Assembly: GCF_009914755.1 (NCBI RefSeq)
Contig: NC_060929.1
Source: the human T2T-CHM13v2.0 reference genome, Homo sapiens
Strand: one strand, 5' to 3'
Length of the DNA stretch: 64,000 nt
Part shown: piece after piece, positions 1 to 24,321 of the stretch
How the letters are laid out: each line of letters opens with the position of its first letter
Position numbering within the stretch: position 1 is the first letter of the stretch
The notes under the pieces: generated by a model
Database searches by the model: none
What the model saw: the letters and a program-made list of their open reading frames with translations, nothing else
What the model was told of the DNA's origin: nothing
Position numbers and translations under genes: made by a program

Positions 1-2060
<2,060 letters not shown>

Positions 2061-2569
2061 CCTGTTGCTGTACTTTCACATGGATGAGCTGACATAAAAT
2101 ACAATCCTTTTTAAGAGGCTTTTCAGAGAGGAAAATTCCACTGCCTCCCTTAGTGTAAAGGCCATTTCGGAACATTCTTTCTCACATCAGTGATAACCGT
2201 GAAGCACGGAGTGAGCTTTCAGTTGAGCTGAATGTACAAATGGTGGATCTGTGGCAGAAAGGTCTTTTCCCTTTTCATTTTCCTACTCCTGATAATCTCC
2301 CATGCCTAGGTTGCCAAAAGCAACTAAGACCTGGGAAGGGCCAATATCAATCACAACGGGTTGCGGCCAGGACCCCTGACTCCCGGTGCTACTTCCTCAC
2401 CTCAGTGCTCCCTCACCAGCTGTGTCGGGGCCCTTGTTCCTGCCTGGCTGGAGGTAAGGCTGGCCCATAGTCTACTTGAGACTATCATAAAACACCCTGT
2501 CCCTAAACTTTCTTTAAGCTGTTTCTTGCATTTTTCCTTTTTGCTATTATACTAGTTTTCCACCCATGG

Positions 2570-2790
2570 CAGTAGAACATGGTGCTCAAAAGCACAGACT
2601 CTAAGCTCTGTCTACAGGCTGCAAATCTCAGCTCCACCACGCACTAGCTGTGTGACACCAGGCAAATTACCTAACCCCGCAATGCCTCTGTTACCTCATT
2701 TGTGAAGTGGGGATTTTAACAGTACCCACTTTATGGGGTAGTTGTGTAGACTAAATATGTCAATGTATGTAAAGTTCTTAGAACATCATC
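2570..2790 (+). mobile_element. MIR SINE
   Basis: actagctgtgtgacaccaggcaaattacctaac...cctcatttgtgaagtggggatt core. Confidence 0.75.
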
Positions 2791-2793
2791 TGA

Positions 2794-3154
<361 letters not shown>

Positions 3155-3284
3155 TTCTTAAGTTCTACAAGAAGTGCATGGCTGCCCCCTATCACTCTAC
3201 TGCTCCATTATTTTTTTGTGAGGCCCCTTCTGACCTCATTAGCCAAACTCCCACATTGCCAGCCATTGGCATTGCACCAGCAGA

Positions 3285-3455
3285 TTTTTGTTCTGAACCT
3301 GGCTTTACCACAGATTGACCTTGCCACCTCAGGAAAGTAACTGAACTAATTTGAGCCTTAGTTTCCTCTTCTCTAAAATGGGGATAATATCTGCTTTGCA
3401 GCCCTCACAAGACTCCGATGAAGATCAGATACAACAATTTGTATGAAAGCACTCA
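3285..3455 (+). mobile_element. MIR SINE fragment
   Basis: gagccttagtttcctcttctctaaaatggggataata core. Confidence 0.6.
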
Positions 3456-3757
3456 AACGGTAAGCCCCGACCCACATGTGAGACATTACCCAACACAGCT
3501 TCTGCTAGAACTGTAAAGATGAGAAATAAACGGGGCAGAAGTGGCCAGCACATTCCCTCATGTCCAAGAATGTCCTGTATGAAGGGCATGGAACCAGCAG
3601 AACTGGAAGAACCAACCTGGGCCCAGGGGCGTCTCTCACTCCCATCCTCAAATTGCTAAGTATGTGCTATCCTACAATGTGTACACAAGGGCAATGGGAG
3701 AAAGAAAGGAAAGTAGCAAATGTCCCTTCTGTTCAGCTTTCCTGCATGCTTACCTAC

Positions 3758-3873
3758 CTCAAGACCTGAAGCCTCTGCAAAGCCACTTTTATCACAGCAC
3801 ATGTTTTCCTGAGCCATCTTCTGCTGTTTGATATCAAGCATGGCGAGGGCCTCCAAATACCGTTGATTCAAAA
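3758..3873 (-). CDS. CCDC125: CCDC125 coding exon, (V)LNQRYLEALAMLDIKQQKMAQENMCCDKSGFAEASGLE
   Basis: Inside ORF 3656..3931; acceptor cccttcctag|, donor GAG|gtaggt; 116 nt, phase 1-0. Confidence 0.93.
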
Positions 3874-4619
3874 CTAGGAAGGGCCATATGAGAAAGTATT
3901 CATTATGAAGCCTAACTCCACCCTCATCCAATCTAGTTACCCCAACATGACATATTCATTTCGTACAAGCAATACACTACCCACAAGATCGGGCTCCATT
4001 CAGAAAACCTATCTGATAGAATAGTGAGTATCACGTAAGATCATATATATGTAATACTAGATGAGATGGTGTCATTTTTAATGGAAAAGCATCTTAACTT
4101 TGCAACTGAAGTCGGATTCCTGTTTCCTCTTGGAAAATTTGTAGGATTTTTCCAAAAGGGAATATGTAAAAGCAAATTATTCAGAGACTTTATGGTTAGT
4201 GAGAAAACTGGATGGTGAGATCTCATATATTGTATCCATATCAAACATACCAGCTATCCAAGCTCTATCAGGTTTTTGTATTAGGAGTTTTCACAAGAAG
4301 ATCTCAAACCAAACATTTAGAGAGGGGTCCTGCTGTCTACTGGAGAGCAGAAAACAGTATCTTTTCCCTGTCACTGCAGGGTAGAGTGGTAGGACAGAAG
4401 GGGAGGACTTATGATCATGAGCAGCTTCTGTCCTGAACTTATCTCACACAGGAGACATCTTTATCAGCTGGAGTCCCTGGTGCTGAGAAGCTCCAGCTGT
4501 GTGTGCAGATCTCAGCTGGAGGCGTTTATACAACTCAGCTAAGACACAGCATAAAGTGCCGCTCTCAGCCCAGGGCCTAATTTAGAGCTTTTTTTGTCCT
4601 TTTCTTCTTTTTTCCTTTC

Positions 4620-7427
<2,808 letters not shown>

Positions 7428-7593
7428 TAAATAGTTTTATGTTATGTGAATTTCACCTTGATAAATTTTCTTAAATTTAAAAAACCTAAATGATACATTT
7501 CTCCCCTCTATTATACTTAATGTATATTATTTCAAAATACTAGCATGTTATCTTTATTGATACATGTGCTCTTAATACAAAAATCATCATTAC

Positions 7594-7676
7594 CTGCATT
7601 GTCAGACTTCAGCATTTTAATTTCTTCTGTTTTCACTTTCAAATTCTCTTTGAGGACTGCATTTTCACAGTTTAGC
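7594..7676 (-). CDS. CCDC125: CCDC125 coding exon, (R)LNCENAVLKENLKVKTEEIKMLKSDNA(V)
   Basis: Acceptor cacttttttccag|, donor G|gtaatg; 83 nt, phase 2-1. Confidence 0.93.
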
Positions 7677-7836
7677 CTGGAAAAAAGTGGCTTTCAAATA
7701 ACTAAAACATTAATATTTCCTTGCTGAGCGAGAATATTTTTATTGCCATAATTGGAACACAAAAATCTAAATATAGTTTTTCCTACTTCAAAATAGTCTG
7801 GAATTTACACGTATCACAAAAATAAAAACAATTTAA

Positions 7837-8547
<711 letters not shown>

Positions 8548-9234
8548 TCATTCTCTTTACTTAATAACCATTTGAATTTCAACTATATGCTTAGGTCACC
8601 TTCAGAAACTTACATACATAGGTCCTCATGTAAACTATGGACTTCGGGTAATAATGATGTATCAACATTGGTTATAAAAAATGTACCACTCTGGTGGGGG
8701 ATGTTGTCAGTGGGGGAGGCTGTGTATATGGGAAATCTCCGTACCTTCTGATCAATTTTGTTGTGAATCTACAACTGCTCTAAAAAAAAAAAAACCAACA
8801 AAGTATTTCATGGAAAAAAAAGATACATAGGGTACACCCATGTTCATAGCAGCATCATGCAAAATAGCCAAAAGGTAGAGTTAACTCAAGTGTCCATCAG
8901 GAATGAATGGATAAACAAAATGGCGTACATACATAACATGGAATATTATTTAGTCTTTCTGGTTTTTTTTTCTTTTTGGATACAAGGTCTCGCTCTGTCA
9001 TCAAAGCTAGAGTACAGTGGCCCAGTCTCAGGTCCCTGTAGCCTCTACCTCCTGGGTTCAAGCGATTCTCCTGCCTCAGTCTCCTGAGTAGCTGGGATAC
9101 AGGTGTGTGCCACCACGCCCAGTTAATTTTTGTATTTTTGGTAGAGACAGGGTTTCGCCACATTAGCCAGGTTGGTCTAGAACTCCTGGCCTCAAGTGAT
9201 CCACCTGCCTCAGCCTCCCAAAATGCTGGGATTA

Positions 9235-9666
9235 TGTAGAGAGCCGAAAGCCAGAGGATCGTGACCAACTTAGCATTCCACTGAGGCTATATGATCAAAC
9301 AGCAAACTGTTTATCATGAATGCAGGATGTAGGCAAACTCACATCTGCACCTGCCGCCAGAAGGTTTGCTGAGGGCAGTCACTCTCTGGTGCCGTGCTCC
9401 TTGAGGTTATCTACTGGAACATCTGGAGACTACTGTTCAGAGAATGCAGTTGTGCAAGCCTGCACCGAGTCAAGCAGCTGACTGACAACCACCTCCTCCC
9501 TATCTCCTTTACTCAATAAATACGAAGGGTGCTAAAAGCTCAGGACCCTTGTTCACTGGAGCAAGGAGCCCCCTGACCCCTTCTTCCAAATATACTCTTT
9601 TGTCTTTATTTTTATTCCCACGTTCGTCTCCCTTTGTTCAGTCCAACAGGGATTGGGGCCACGATA
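9235..9666 (+). mobile_element. Solo LTR3-type (HERV-K HML-6) LTR inserted into an Alu
   Basis: TGTAGAGAGCCGAAAG...CATTCCACTGAGGCTATATGATCAAACAGCAAACTG start, internal AATAAA, 6-bp TSD ggatta/ggattg within the Alu. Confidence 0.8.
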
Positions 9667-9884
9667 GGATTGTGTGAGCCACCATACCCAACTGAAATGA
9701 CTGACTTTATAGTAAGTGTATAATTTAAAGTTATTAAATAAACTCACACAAATAAAAGTTGTTCCAAAGATATTTTTTCTCTCTTTGGAGCTGATTGTCA
9801 GAACATAAACATTTACCATCTTAACCATCTTATTTTTCATCTTTTTTTTTTTTAACAAGATGAGGATCTTGCTATGTCATCTAG

Positions 9885-10256
<372 letters not shown>

Positions 10257-10563
10257 TAGAGATAGGGTTTCAACATGTTGCCCAGGCTGGTCTCAAATTC
10301 CTGGACTCAAGTGATCCTCAGATCCAAGTGCCAAAGATTCCCAAAAGTGCTGGGATTAAAGGTGTGAGACACCACACCCAGCCTATGCTATTTTTTTTCT
10401 TTAAGGAAAATTAACACTAACAAAAATATGCGACTAGTAAGTGGATAAGCAATAAAAATTTTGTAATATTTTGCACTTGGCTCAAAGAAGAAAGCATAAA
10501 TTACTTTTGAATTACATAGATTTTAAAGGTTGTCAAAGAAAAATAATGGAGTAATATACAAAC

Positions 10564-10649
10564 CTGTCATATTTTTGGATCCAAGATTCCTCTATATTTT
10601 TAAATCTATTATGATCAAATTCTATTTCCCACTGCAAGGCATTTATTTC
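10564..10649 (-). CDS. CCDC125: CCDC125 coding exon, [28 protein letters not shown](R)
   Basis: Acceptor tctttccatag|, donor AG|gtttgt; 86 nt, phase 0-2. Confidence 0.93.
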
Positions 10650-11146
10650 CTATGGAAAGAAAATACTACCTTCATGGCAAATTACTACAAATAAATCATT
10701 TCAGGACATTGTGAATAGCTGAAATAAATCATATAATCAGTTCTCAGAAATGGTTTAAAGAGAAAAAATTAATTATTGCTCTAAAAGTATCTCTGACATT
10801 TGCAAACACATATAACATGCCTCTTTAGCATTCAAAACAACTCTGCCAAAACTCACTTAATATAGAAAAAATTTCAAATTGTTTGCCTTCAAAATTTGCT
10901 GGGCTGCTACACCTAGATTTCTCAGTGCCCACCTCCGCTGCATGTAGAGACCTCAAGCAAAATCCACTCCTGGAAATCTTAACTCAATGGTCCCATCAAG
11001 GGAGAACACACCAAGCACAGGAGACATGACCATCTAGGATGATTCCTAACTACCTTTATAGTGAAGATGAGATGGTCAGAAAGACGTACGTCCTGCCAGG
11101 CAACGATAAGGATTTAAAAAAAAAAATTTTTTTTAAGAAGAAAAAT

Positions 11147-11589
<443 letters not shown>

Positions 11590-11698
11590 CTAGCAGAAGG
11601 TAGGCACAAGTGACAGATCCATTAGTATGGTGAGTTTAGGGAAATTATATTTAACAGCTTATTGGATTCAATAAGTCTACACTAAAAGCACCAAATAC

Positions 11699-11776
11699 CT
11701 TCTCCAAGGATCTGTTTTGTTCCATAGTTTTTTGAAGCACTGCCTGCGTATGACTTGTGGCTTTGCCCAGTATTGC
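11699..11776 (-). CDS. CCDC125: CCDC125 coding exon, AILGKATSHTQAVLQKTMEQNRSLEK
   Basis: Acceptor tttatttttcttag|, donor AAG|gtattt; 78 nt, phase 0-0. Confidence 0.93.
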
Positions 11777-12052
11777 CTAAGAAAAATAAAACTAGCATCA
11801 GTATAAATTAAATTTGTAATCACTCCTATGTACATCATGAAGTTCTCTTTTATTTTAAGGCAATGGAAAATTAAGATGAATTGACATAAGAATTTCACAG
11901 TGACCACCTTTTATGGAGAGTCTGATAGTTCAAAAGTCAGGAGATCTTGGTTTGGCTCTTTTCCAATGAATGTGGGAATTAATGGATGAATTTTCCACAC
12001 AAAGAAAGTGTTCAGAACAGTACTATTCATCAGTCAAAAAGTGGAAACCATC

Positions 12053-14326
12053 TGATACGGTTTGGCTCTGTGTCCCCACCCAAATCTCATTTTGAATTGT
12101 ACTCTCATAATTACCACATGTTGTGAGAGGACCCGGTGGGAGATAATCTGAATCATGGGGGTGGTTTTCCCCATACTGTTCTCATGGTAGTGAATAAGTC
12201 TCATGAGATCTGTTGATTTTATCAGGGGTTCTGCTTTTGCATCTCTCTCATTTTCTCTTGCTGCTGCCATGTTATAAGTGCCTTTTGCCTCCCACCATGA
12301 TTCTGAGACCTCCCCAGCCATGTGGAACTGTAAGTCCAATTAAACCTCTTTTTCTTCCCAGTCTTGGGTATGTCTTTATCAGGAGCATAAAAATGGACTA
12401 ATACAGTAATTTGGTACCAGTAGAGTGGGGCATTGCTGAAAAGATACCCAAAAATGTGGAAGCTACTTTGAAACTGGGTAACAGGCAGAGATTGGGACAG
12501 TTTGGAGGGCTCAGAAGAAGACATGAAAATGTGGGAAAGATTGGAACTTTCTAGAGACTTGTTGAGTGTCTTTCACAAAAACACTGATAATGATATGGAC
12601 AATGAAATCCAGGCTGAGGCGGTCTCAGATGGAGATGAGGAACTTGTTGGGAACTAGAGTAAAGGTGACTCTTGTTATGTTTTAGCAAAGAGATTTGTGG
12701 CATTTTGCCCCTGCCCTAGAGATCTGTGGAACTTTGAACTTGAGAGAGATGATTTAGAGTATCTGGTGGAAGAAATTTCTAAGCAGCAAAGCATTCAAGA
12801 GATGGCTTGGGTACTGTTAAAGGCATTCCATTTTAAAAGGGAAGCACAGCATAAAAGTTCAGAAAATTTGCAGCCTGACAATGCAATAGAAAAGAAAATC
12901 CCATTTTCTAAGGATAAATTCAAGCTAGCTGCAGATATTTGCATAAGTAATGAGGAGCCAAATGTTAATCCCCAAGATAATGGGGAAAATGTCTCCAGGG
13001 CATGTCAGAGACCTTTGCAGCAGCCTCTCTCATCACAGAGCCAGAAGTCTCGGAGGAAAAAATGGTTTTGTGGGCAGGGCCCAGGGTCCCCGTGCTGTGT
13101 GCAGTCTAAGGACTTGGTGCCCTGCGTCCCAGCCACTCCAGCGGTGGCTGAAAGGGGCCAAGGTACAGCTCCGTCTGTGAATATAGAGGGTGCAAGCCCC
13201 AAGCCTTGGCAGCTTCCACATGATGTTGAGCCTGCAGGTGCACAGAAGTAAAGAATCGGGGTTTGGGAACCTCCACTAGATTTCAGAAGATGTATGGCAA
13301 TGCCTGGATGTCCAGGCAGAAGTTTCCTGCAGGGATGGGGCTCTCATGGAGAACCGGGGCTAGGGCACTACAGAAGGGAAATGTGGGGTTGGAGCCCCCA
13401 CACAGAGTCCCTACTACAGCACTGCCTAGTGGAGCTATGAGAAGAGGGCCACCATCCTCCAGACCCCAGAATGGTAGATCCACCCATGGCTTACACTGTG
13501 CACCTGGGAAAGCCGCAGACACTCAATGCCAGCCTGTGAAAGCAGCCAGGAGGGAGGCTGTACTCTGCAAAGCCACAGGGGCGGAGCTGCCCAAGGCCAT
13601 GGGAACCCACCTCTTGCATCAGTATGACCTGGATGTGAGACCTGGAGTCAAAGGAGATCATTTTGGAGCTTTAAAATTTGACTGCCCTGCTGGATTTTGG
13701 ATTTGCATGAGCCCAGTAACCCCTTTGTTTTGGCCAATTTCTCCCATTTGGAATGGCTATATACCTACATCCCCATTGTATGTAGGAAGTAACTAGCTTG
13801 CTTTTGATTTTACCAGCTCATAGGCAGAAGGGACTTGCCTTGTCTCAGATGAGACTTTGGACTGTGGATTTTTGGGTTAATGCTGAAATGATTTCAGACT
13901 TTGGGGGACTGTTGGGAAGGCATGATTGGTTTTGAAATGTGAGGACATGAGATTTGGAGGGGCTGGAGTGGAATGATATGGTTTGGCTCTGTGTCCTCAC
14001 CCAAATCTCATCTTGAATTGTATTCCCATAATTCCCACGTGTTGTGAGAGGGACCCAGTGGGAGATAGTTTGGATCATGGGGGTGGTTCCCCCATACTGT
14101 TCTGGTATGTGAATAAGTTTCATGAGATCTGATGGTTTTATCAGAGGTTTCCACTTTTGAATCTTCCTCATTTTCTCTTGCTGCTGCCACGTAGGAACTG
14201 CCTTTCACCTCCCACCATGATTCTGAGGCCTTCACAGCCATGTGGAACTGTAAGTCCAATTAAACCTCTTTTTTTCCCCCAGTCTTGGGTATGTCTTTAT
14301 CAGCAGCATAAAAATGGACTAATACA
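12053..14326 (+). mobile_element. Full-length THE1 (MaLR, THE1A-like) provirus: LTR 12053-12405, internal 12406-13973, LTR 13974-14326
   Basis: Two ~350-nt direct TGATA...AATACA LTRs, MaLR internal region, 5-bp TSD ccatc/ccacc; interrupts an old L1 3' end. Confidence 0.93.
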
Positions 14327-14740
14327 CCACCCAAATGTCCATCAACTGGTGAATGCATAAGCAAAACATGGTGCATCTACACAATGGAGTATTACTTGGC
14401 AATAAAAAGGAAGAAAGTACTGATACACGCTACGACATGTATGAACCTCTAAAACATGCTAACTAAAAGAATCTCAATGCAAAAGAATCCAGTCACATAT
14501 CTTATGATTCTATTTATATTAAATAGAAAAGACAAATCTACAAACAGAAAATAGATTACTGGGGATAGGGGTGGGAATGAGGAATGACTGCTGATGGGCA
14601 CCAAGTCCCTTTTCTGGTGTTGGAAATATTCTAAAATTAGATTATAATGATGGTGGTACAACTCTTATATCTAGTAAAAATGAATTGTAGTGTACATTTA
14701 CATGTGAACTTCAGGATATATAAATTATAAAGCTCTTAAA
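14327..14740 (+). mobile_element. Old L1M 3'UTR fragment (host of the THE1)
   Basis: cccaaatgtccatcaactggtgaatg...acaatggagtattacttggcaataaaaagg continues from 12020-12052. Confidence 0.7.
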
Positions 14741-14865
14741 AATATACATACCTAAAAAAACCCTCAACTATATTAAGTCCTTCTGCCTTGGTTTTAAAAG
14801 TTAAAACCATACCAACATTATTATTGGAATGTGTAAATGGTGAAAGTTTAAAAACAACTTCTTAC

Positions 14866-14952
14866 CATGCTTTGAAGAATTTTCAATGCTTCCTCTTTAC
14901 CTCTGAGTTGTCTTTGAGATGCCTCAAGTTCAGTTTTTAACATTTCTACCTC
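14866..14952 (-). CDS. CCDC125: CCDC125 coding exon, EVEMLKTELEASQRQLRGKEEALKILQSM
   Basis: Acceptor ttttctttctgtcctcag|, donor ATG|gtaaga; 87 nt, phase 0-0. Confidence 0.93.
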
Positions 14953-15117
14953 CTGAGGACAGAAAGAAAATTAGTCTTCCTATCTGCAAGATATGCAACC
15001 CTAAAATTATCAGTTTGGCTAGTCTACATTTACCCTTGGCTCAAACCACTTACAAATGTGGCTGAAAATTCTTCTAGACTTAGTGAGTGAACCAGACATA
15101 CTAAAATTGAAAGCCTC

Positions 15118-15818
<701 letters not shown>

Positions 15819-15859
15819 TAGTTCCTTATGTAGGGACTCAAGGTGAGGAGGCAGCTGCA

Positions 15860-16160
15860 GGCCCCAATCCAATGACTAGTGTCCTTATAAATTGAGGGAA
15901 ATTTGGACCCAGACTCATAGGGAGAAGGCCATGTGACAGGCAGAGGCTGGATTTCTGCAGCTACCAGCCAAGGAACACCAAGGATTGCAGCAAGCATCAG
16001 AAGCTAGGAAGAGGCAAAGGACTCTCCTCTAAAGCCTTCAGAGGGAGCACGGCCTGCTGAAACTCTGGTTTCAAACTTCAGCCTCCAGAACTAAAAGCAA
16101 ACAGATTTCTGCTGTTTTAAGCCACCAGTTTGTGGTACATTGTCTCGGCAGCCAAATACA
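15860..16160 (+). mobile_element. MLT1 (B/C-like) MaLR LTR fragment
   Basis: atccaatgactagtgtccttata...agccaaggaacaccaagg...gttttaagccaccagtttgtggtac...aaataca. Confidence 0.75.
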
Positions 16161-16611
16161 GTAGCTTTCACGGGAAGAGTCCCAAACACACAGTAAGGTG
16201 GGCTTCCTATTTCCCAAAGGACAGACACCCCTCGCAGAAACTGCTATTTCCACCAAGGCAGTGGGCTACTCAGGCCACCTGAGACTCTGGGCTTCTGACT
16301 TTAATGAGGTTAAATTAAGTCAGATTGTTTGAAGCCACACATACGGGGAAGGCCGGTGGAAGGAAGTGATAACTTACTTTCTCAAGGAGGAGATAAGAGA
16401 AGTGGGGTGGAAAGGAGAACCGGTGGGCATGTTTACATAAGTAGCTTCTTTTAAGAGATGAGGTGGATAAGAAACAGAGGAGGCCAGTTGAAAAAGATGA
16501 GCTCTCAAGTTCAGCAAGAATGTCTGGAAAGCCAAAATTTGCCTTCCACACAGATTTGGTACCATTTAAACAAAATATCTATCAATGGACTTTATTCACT
16601 TGAGAATTTTT

Positions 16612-17701
16612 TTTTTGTAATCGAAAGTCTCTTACTGGTCCTGCTTCCATGAGTAGCAGTGACCAGGGGAAAAGGGAGAGGAACCAGCCAGCACAGGGAG
16701 GGGTCATCTCCACAACATTCCATTTATATACAGAACTAAACAGACAAGCACAGAGTCACTATTGCAGTTACAAGTCAGCAGCAAGGGAAGAGGGGGAGGA
16801 ACAGGTGGGGAGTGGGGGTGTTGTTAAAGAAAATACAGGCCCCCCCATAACTGGGGTGCCTGGGGGGAACTTGGTCTTCTTCAACCCAAGAGGAATCAGA
16901 AGATCAAAAGCAGTTTCGGAAGGCCAGAACCATCAGGGATGGAGGGAGGAGGAAAATCCAGGGGGTGGGAGGTCTGTTTGGCAACTGGGGTGAAGGGATT
17001 GCCCTTCCCCTGCTGGGATTCCCCCAGCCCCTCCTATCTGGCAGGAAGGGGGCAGCCTGCAACCCCCGAGGACAGGTGTGGGGCTGCCAGATGCTCTAGG
17101 CAGGGGGCCAGAAGGGGCTCACAAAGGCTTGCCCTCCAGGGAGATGATGGCACTGCCCCCCAGCTTCTCTGCCAGGGTGCAGTGGTCCTTGACCTCCTCA
17201 TAGTAGTTTGCTTGTAATTCTTGCTTGATTCCTGTCAGCTTCTTGTTGATGGCGTCCTTGGAGCTGGCATTGATCATTTTGCTCTTAAGGGGCACAGACT
17301 CAGTGGCCCAGAAGATAAACACCAGGTCCTCCTTCTTGCTCTCTTGGTCTCATAGGTTGCGTCATAGAGGGCGTAGAGGCAATCCTTATCCGGTAGCATC
17401 TTGACAAAGGTGGCATAGGGGTTGTCGATGGTCTGGTCCACATTGCCCACCAGTATCTCCTTGCCCTCCCCTTCAGGATGATGTTCTTCTTGTCTTCACT
17501 CAGGCGGAAGAGCACCGCCTTCTTGCGCTTCTTCAACTTCTCTGGTGTTGAAGACTTACACAACTTCATGTCGTTGAACACCTTGATGACACCATCAGAG
17601 ACAGCCACAACAGAGGCCATGTTTCCAGAAGCAAAAAGGAGAGGGCATGGAGAGCTGCAGAAGACGAGAGCACTGCAGCCGCTGCTGGGACCCAGCTAAA
17701 C
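16612..17701 (-). pseudogene. CFL1P5: Cofilin-1 processed pseudogene in a CCDC125 intron
   Basis: Intronless [19 protein letters not shown]... (ATG 17620) to ...LEGKPL* (17119) with frameshifts; 5' and 3'UTR-like flanks, A-tract, imperfect TSD AAAAATT(A/C)TCA (17702-17712 / 16601-16611). Pseudogene number from recall. Confidence 0.93.
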
Positions 17702-17732
17702 TGATAATTTTTATATTAGCCAGAGTACCTAC

Positions 17733-17794
17733 CTCTAAAGTTTCATTAAGACATTGCCTTAATTCTTCATTTGACAATTCTGAATTCGAATCTA
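17733..17794 (-). CDS. CCDC125: CCDC125 coding exon, (V)DSNSELSNEELRQCLNETLE
   Basis: Acceptor ccctcccaag|TAG (NAGNAG), donor GAG|gtaggt; 62 nt restores phase 0. Confidence 0.92.
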
Positions 17795-17928
17795 CTTGGG
17801 AGGGATGAGAAAAGAATCTATTAGGGGAAAAATTTTGAATATTTTAACTAATTAAACATAGGACATTTGTTTACAAATTACCAAATACAGGTATCCCCTA
17901 AATTGCAAAGAGAAGAGAATTATAATAG

Positions 17929-19498
<1,570 letters not shown>

Positions 19499-19895
19499 AC
19501 CTAAATTTAATTTCTTTCCAAAAAGAATGACTAGAAGAGTCCTGTAACTTCAATTATTTGCTCCTTAATGTGATCAATTGAGAATTTAAATTGAGCTTCC
19601 TAAGAGCTTCATTTTCCTTTCTGCCTCAACGGCAGTAAAAAAAAAAAAAAAAAAATTAAAGTGGCAAGTTATAAGCAAGAGTATAGGAAGTAAAAAAAAA
19701 ATTTTATTGAGAAGAATGTTTGCTTTGAAAAAATATTTCTCAAAACAACTTTCTTTGCTATTCTGAAATTTCATTAACATGACAGTATCTAAGGCAAAAC
19801 CTAAATCATGTTTGTACTGTGATTGATGATACAGGCTTCCAAGGAGGGCAGAGTGACTCTGGGTTGGCAGTGACAAGTTCTGTTCTATTAATACT

Positions 19896-23841
<3,946 letters not shown>

Positions 23842-23940
23842 CTAAAATCCAATATGGTTATTTATTTTAGATTTTGGAAGGGTTATAGCTTTGATACTAT
23901 GCACAGGAGAAAGAAAGGAGAGGAAATTCAGCATTCTTAC

Positions 23941-24244
23941 CAGTGCTACTTTGTCGTCTGTAATTGGAAATTCTGGACACTTGAGGGAATGTATCTTGCT
24001 GGCTCTTATGCTTGGAATACTGAAAACTCGCTTCATTTCTTTCTTCTCCCTTTCTCGGAAATGGAGGAGGGCTAAAGTTCTTTCCATCTGATCTTTTTCT
24101 AGACCTATGTGAAAATTCTATTTCATAAATCCCACCAGGTTTCCTTCCGAGGCCATACCCTAAATCACCTTCTGTCATGTCATCCTCTTCTGTTTCCCAG
24201 AGCTGCACGTCTGACTCACTTGATGATCTTGCCACCTTGCTCAT
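23941..24244 (-). CDS. CCDC125: CCDC125 first coding exon (exon spans 23941-24284, 40 nt of 5'UTR), MSKVARSS...NYRRQSST+G
   Basis: ORF 23897..24244; acceptor ttttcttaactacag| before 24284; donor G|gtaaga at 23940; 304 coding nt, phase 1. Confidence 0.95.
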
Positions 24245-24321
24245 GAGCCAAATGCCGTCTTTATCATAAGAAAAAATGGGCTGTCTGTAGTTAAGAAAAA
24301 CAGTAGTTAGGAAAACATCAG

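Noticed and set aside
2184-2236. C/D snoRNA-like GTGATAA...CTGA with a short terminal stem
   Set aside because: Imperfect C box, only ~50 nt, and on the strand opposite the host transcript
12697-13796. 184- and 177-aa ORFs as candidate protein genes
   Set aside because: Lie inside the THE1 internal region; decayed MaLR ORF
17119-17620. Functional cofilin gene
   Set aside because: Frameshifts split the CDS; intronless with TSD and A-tract
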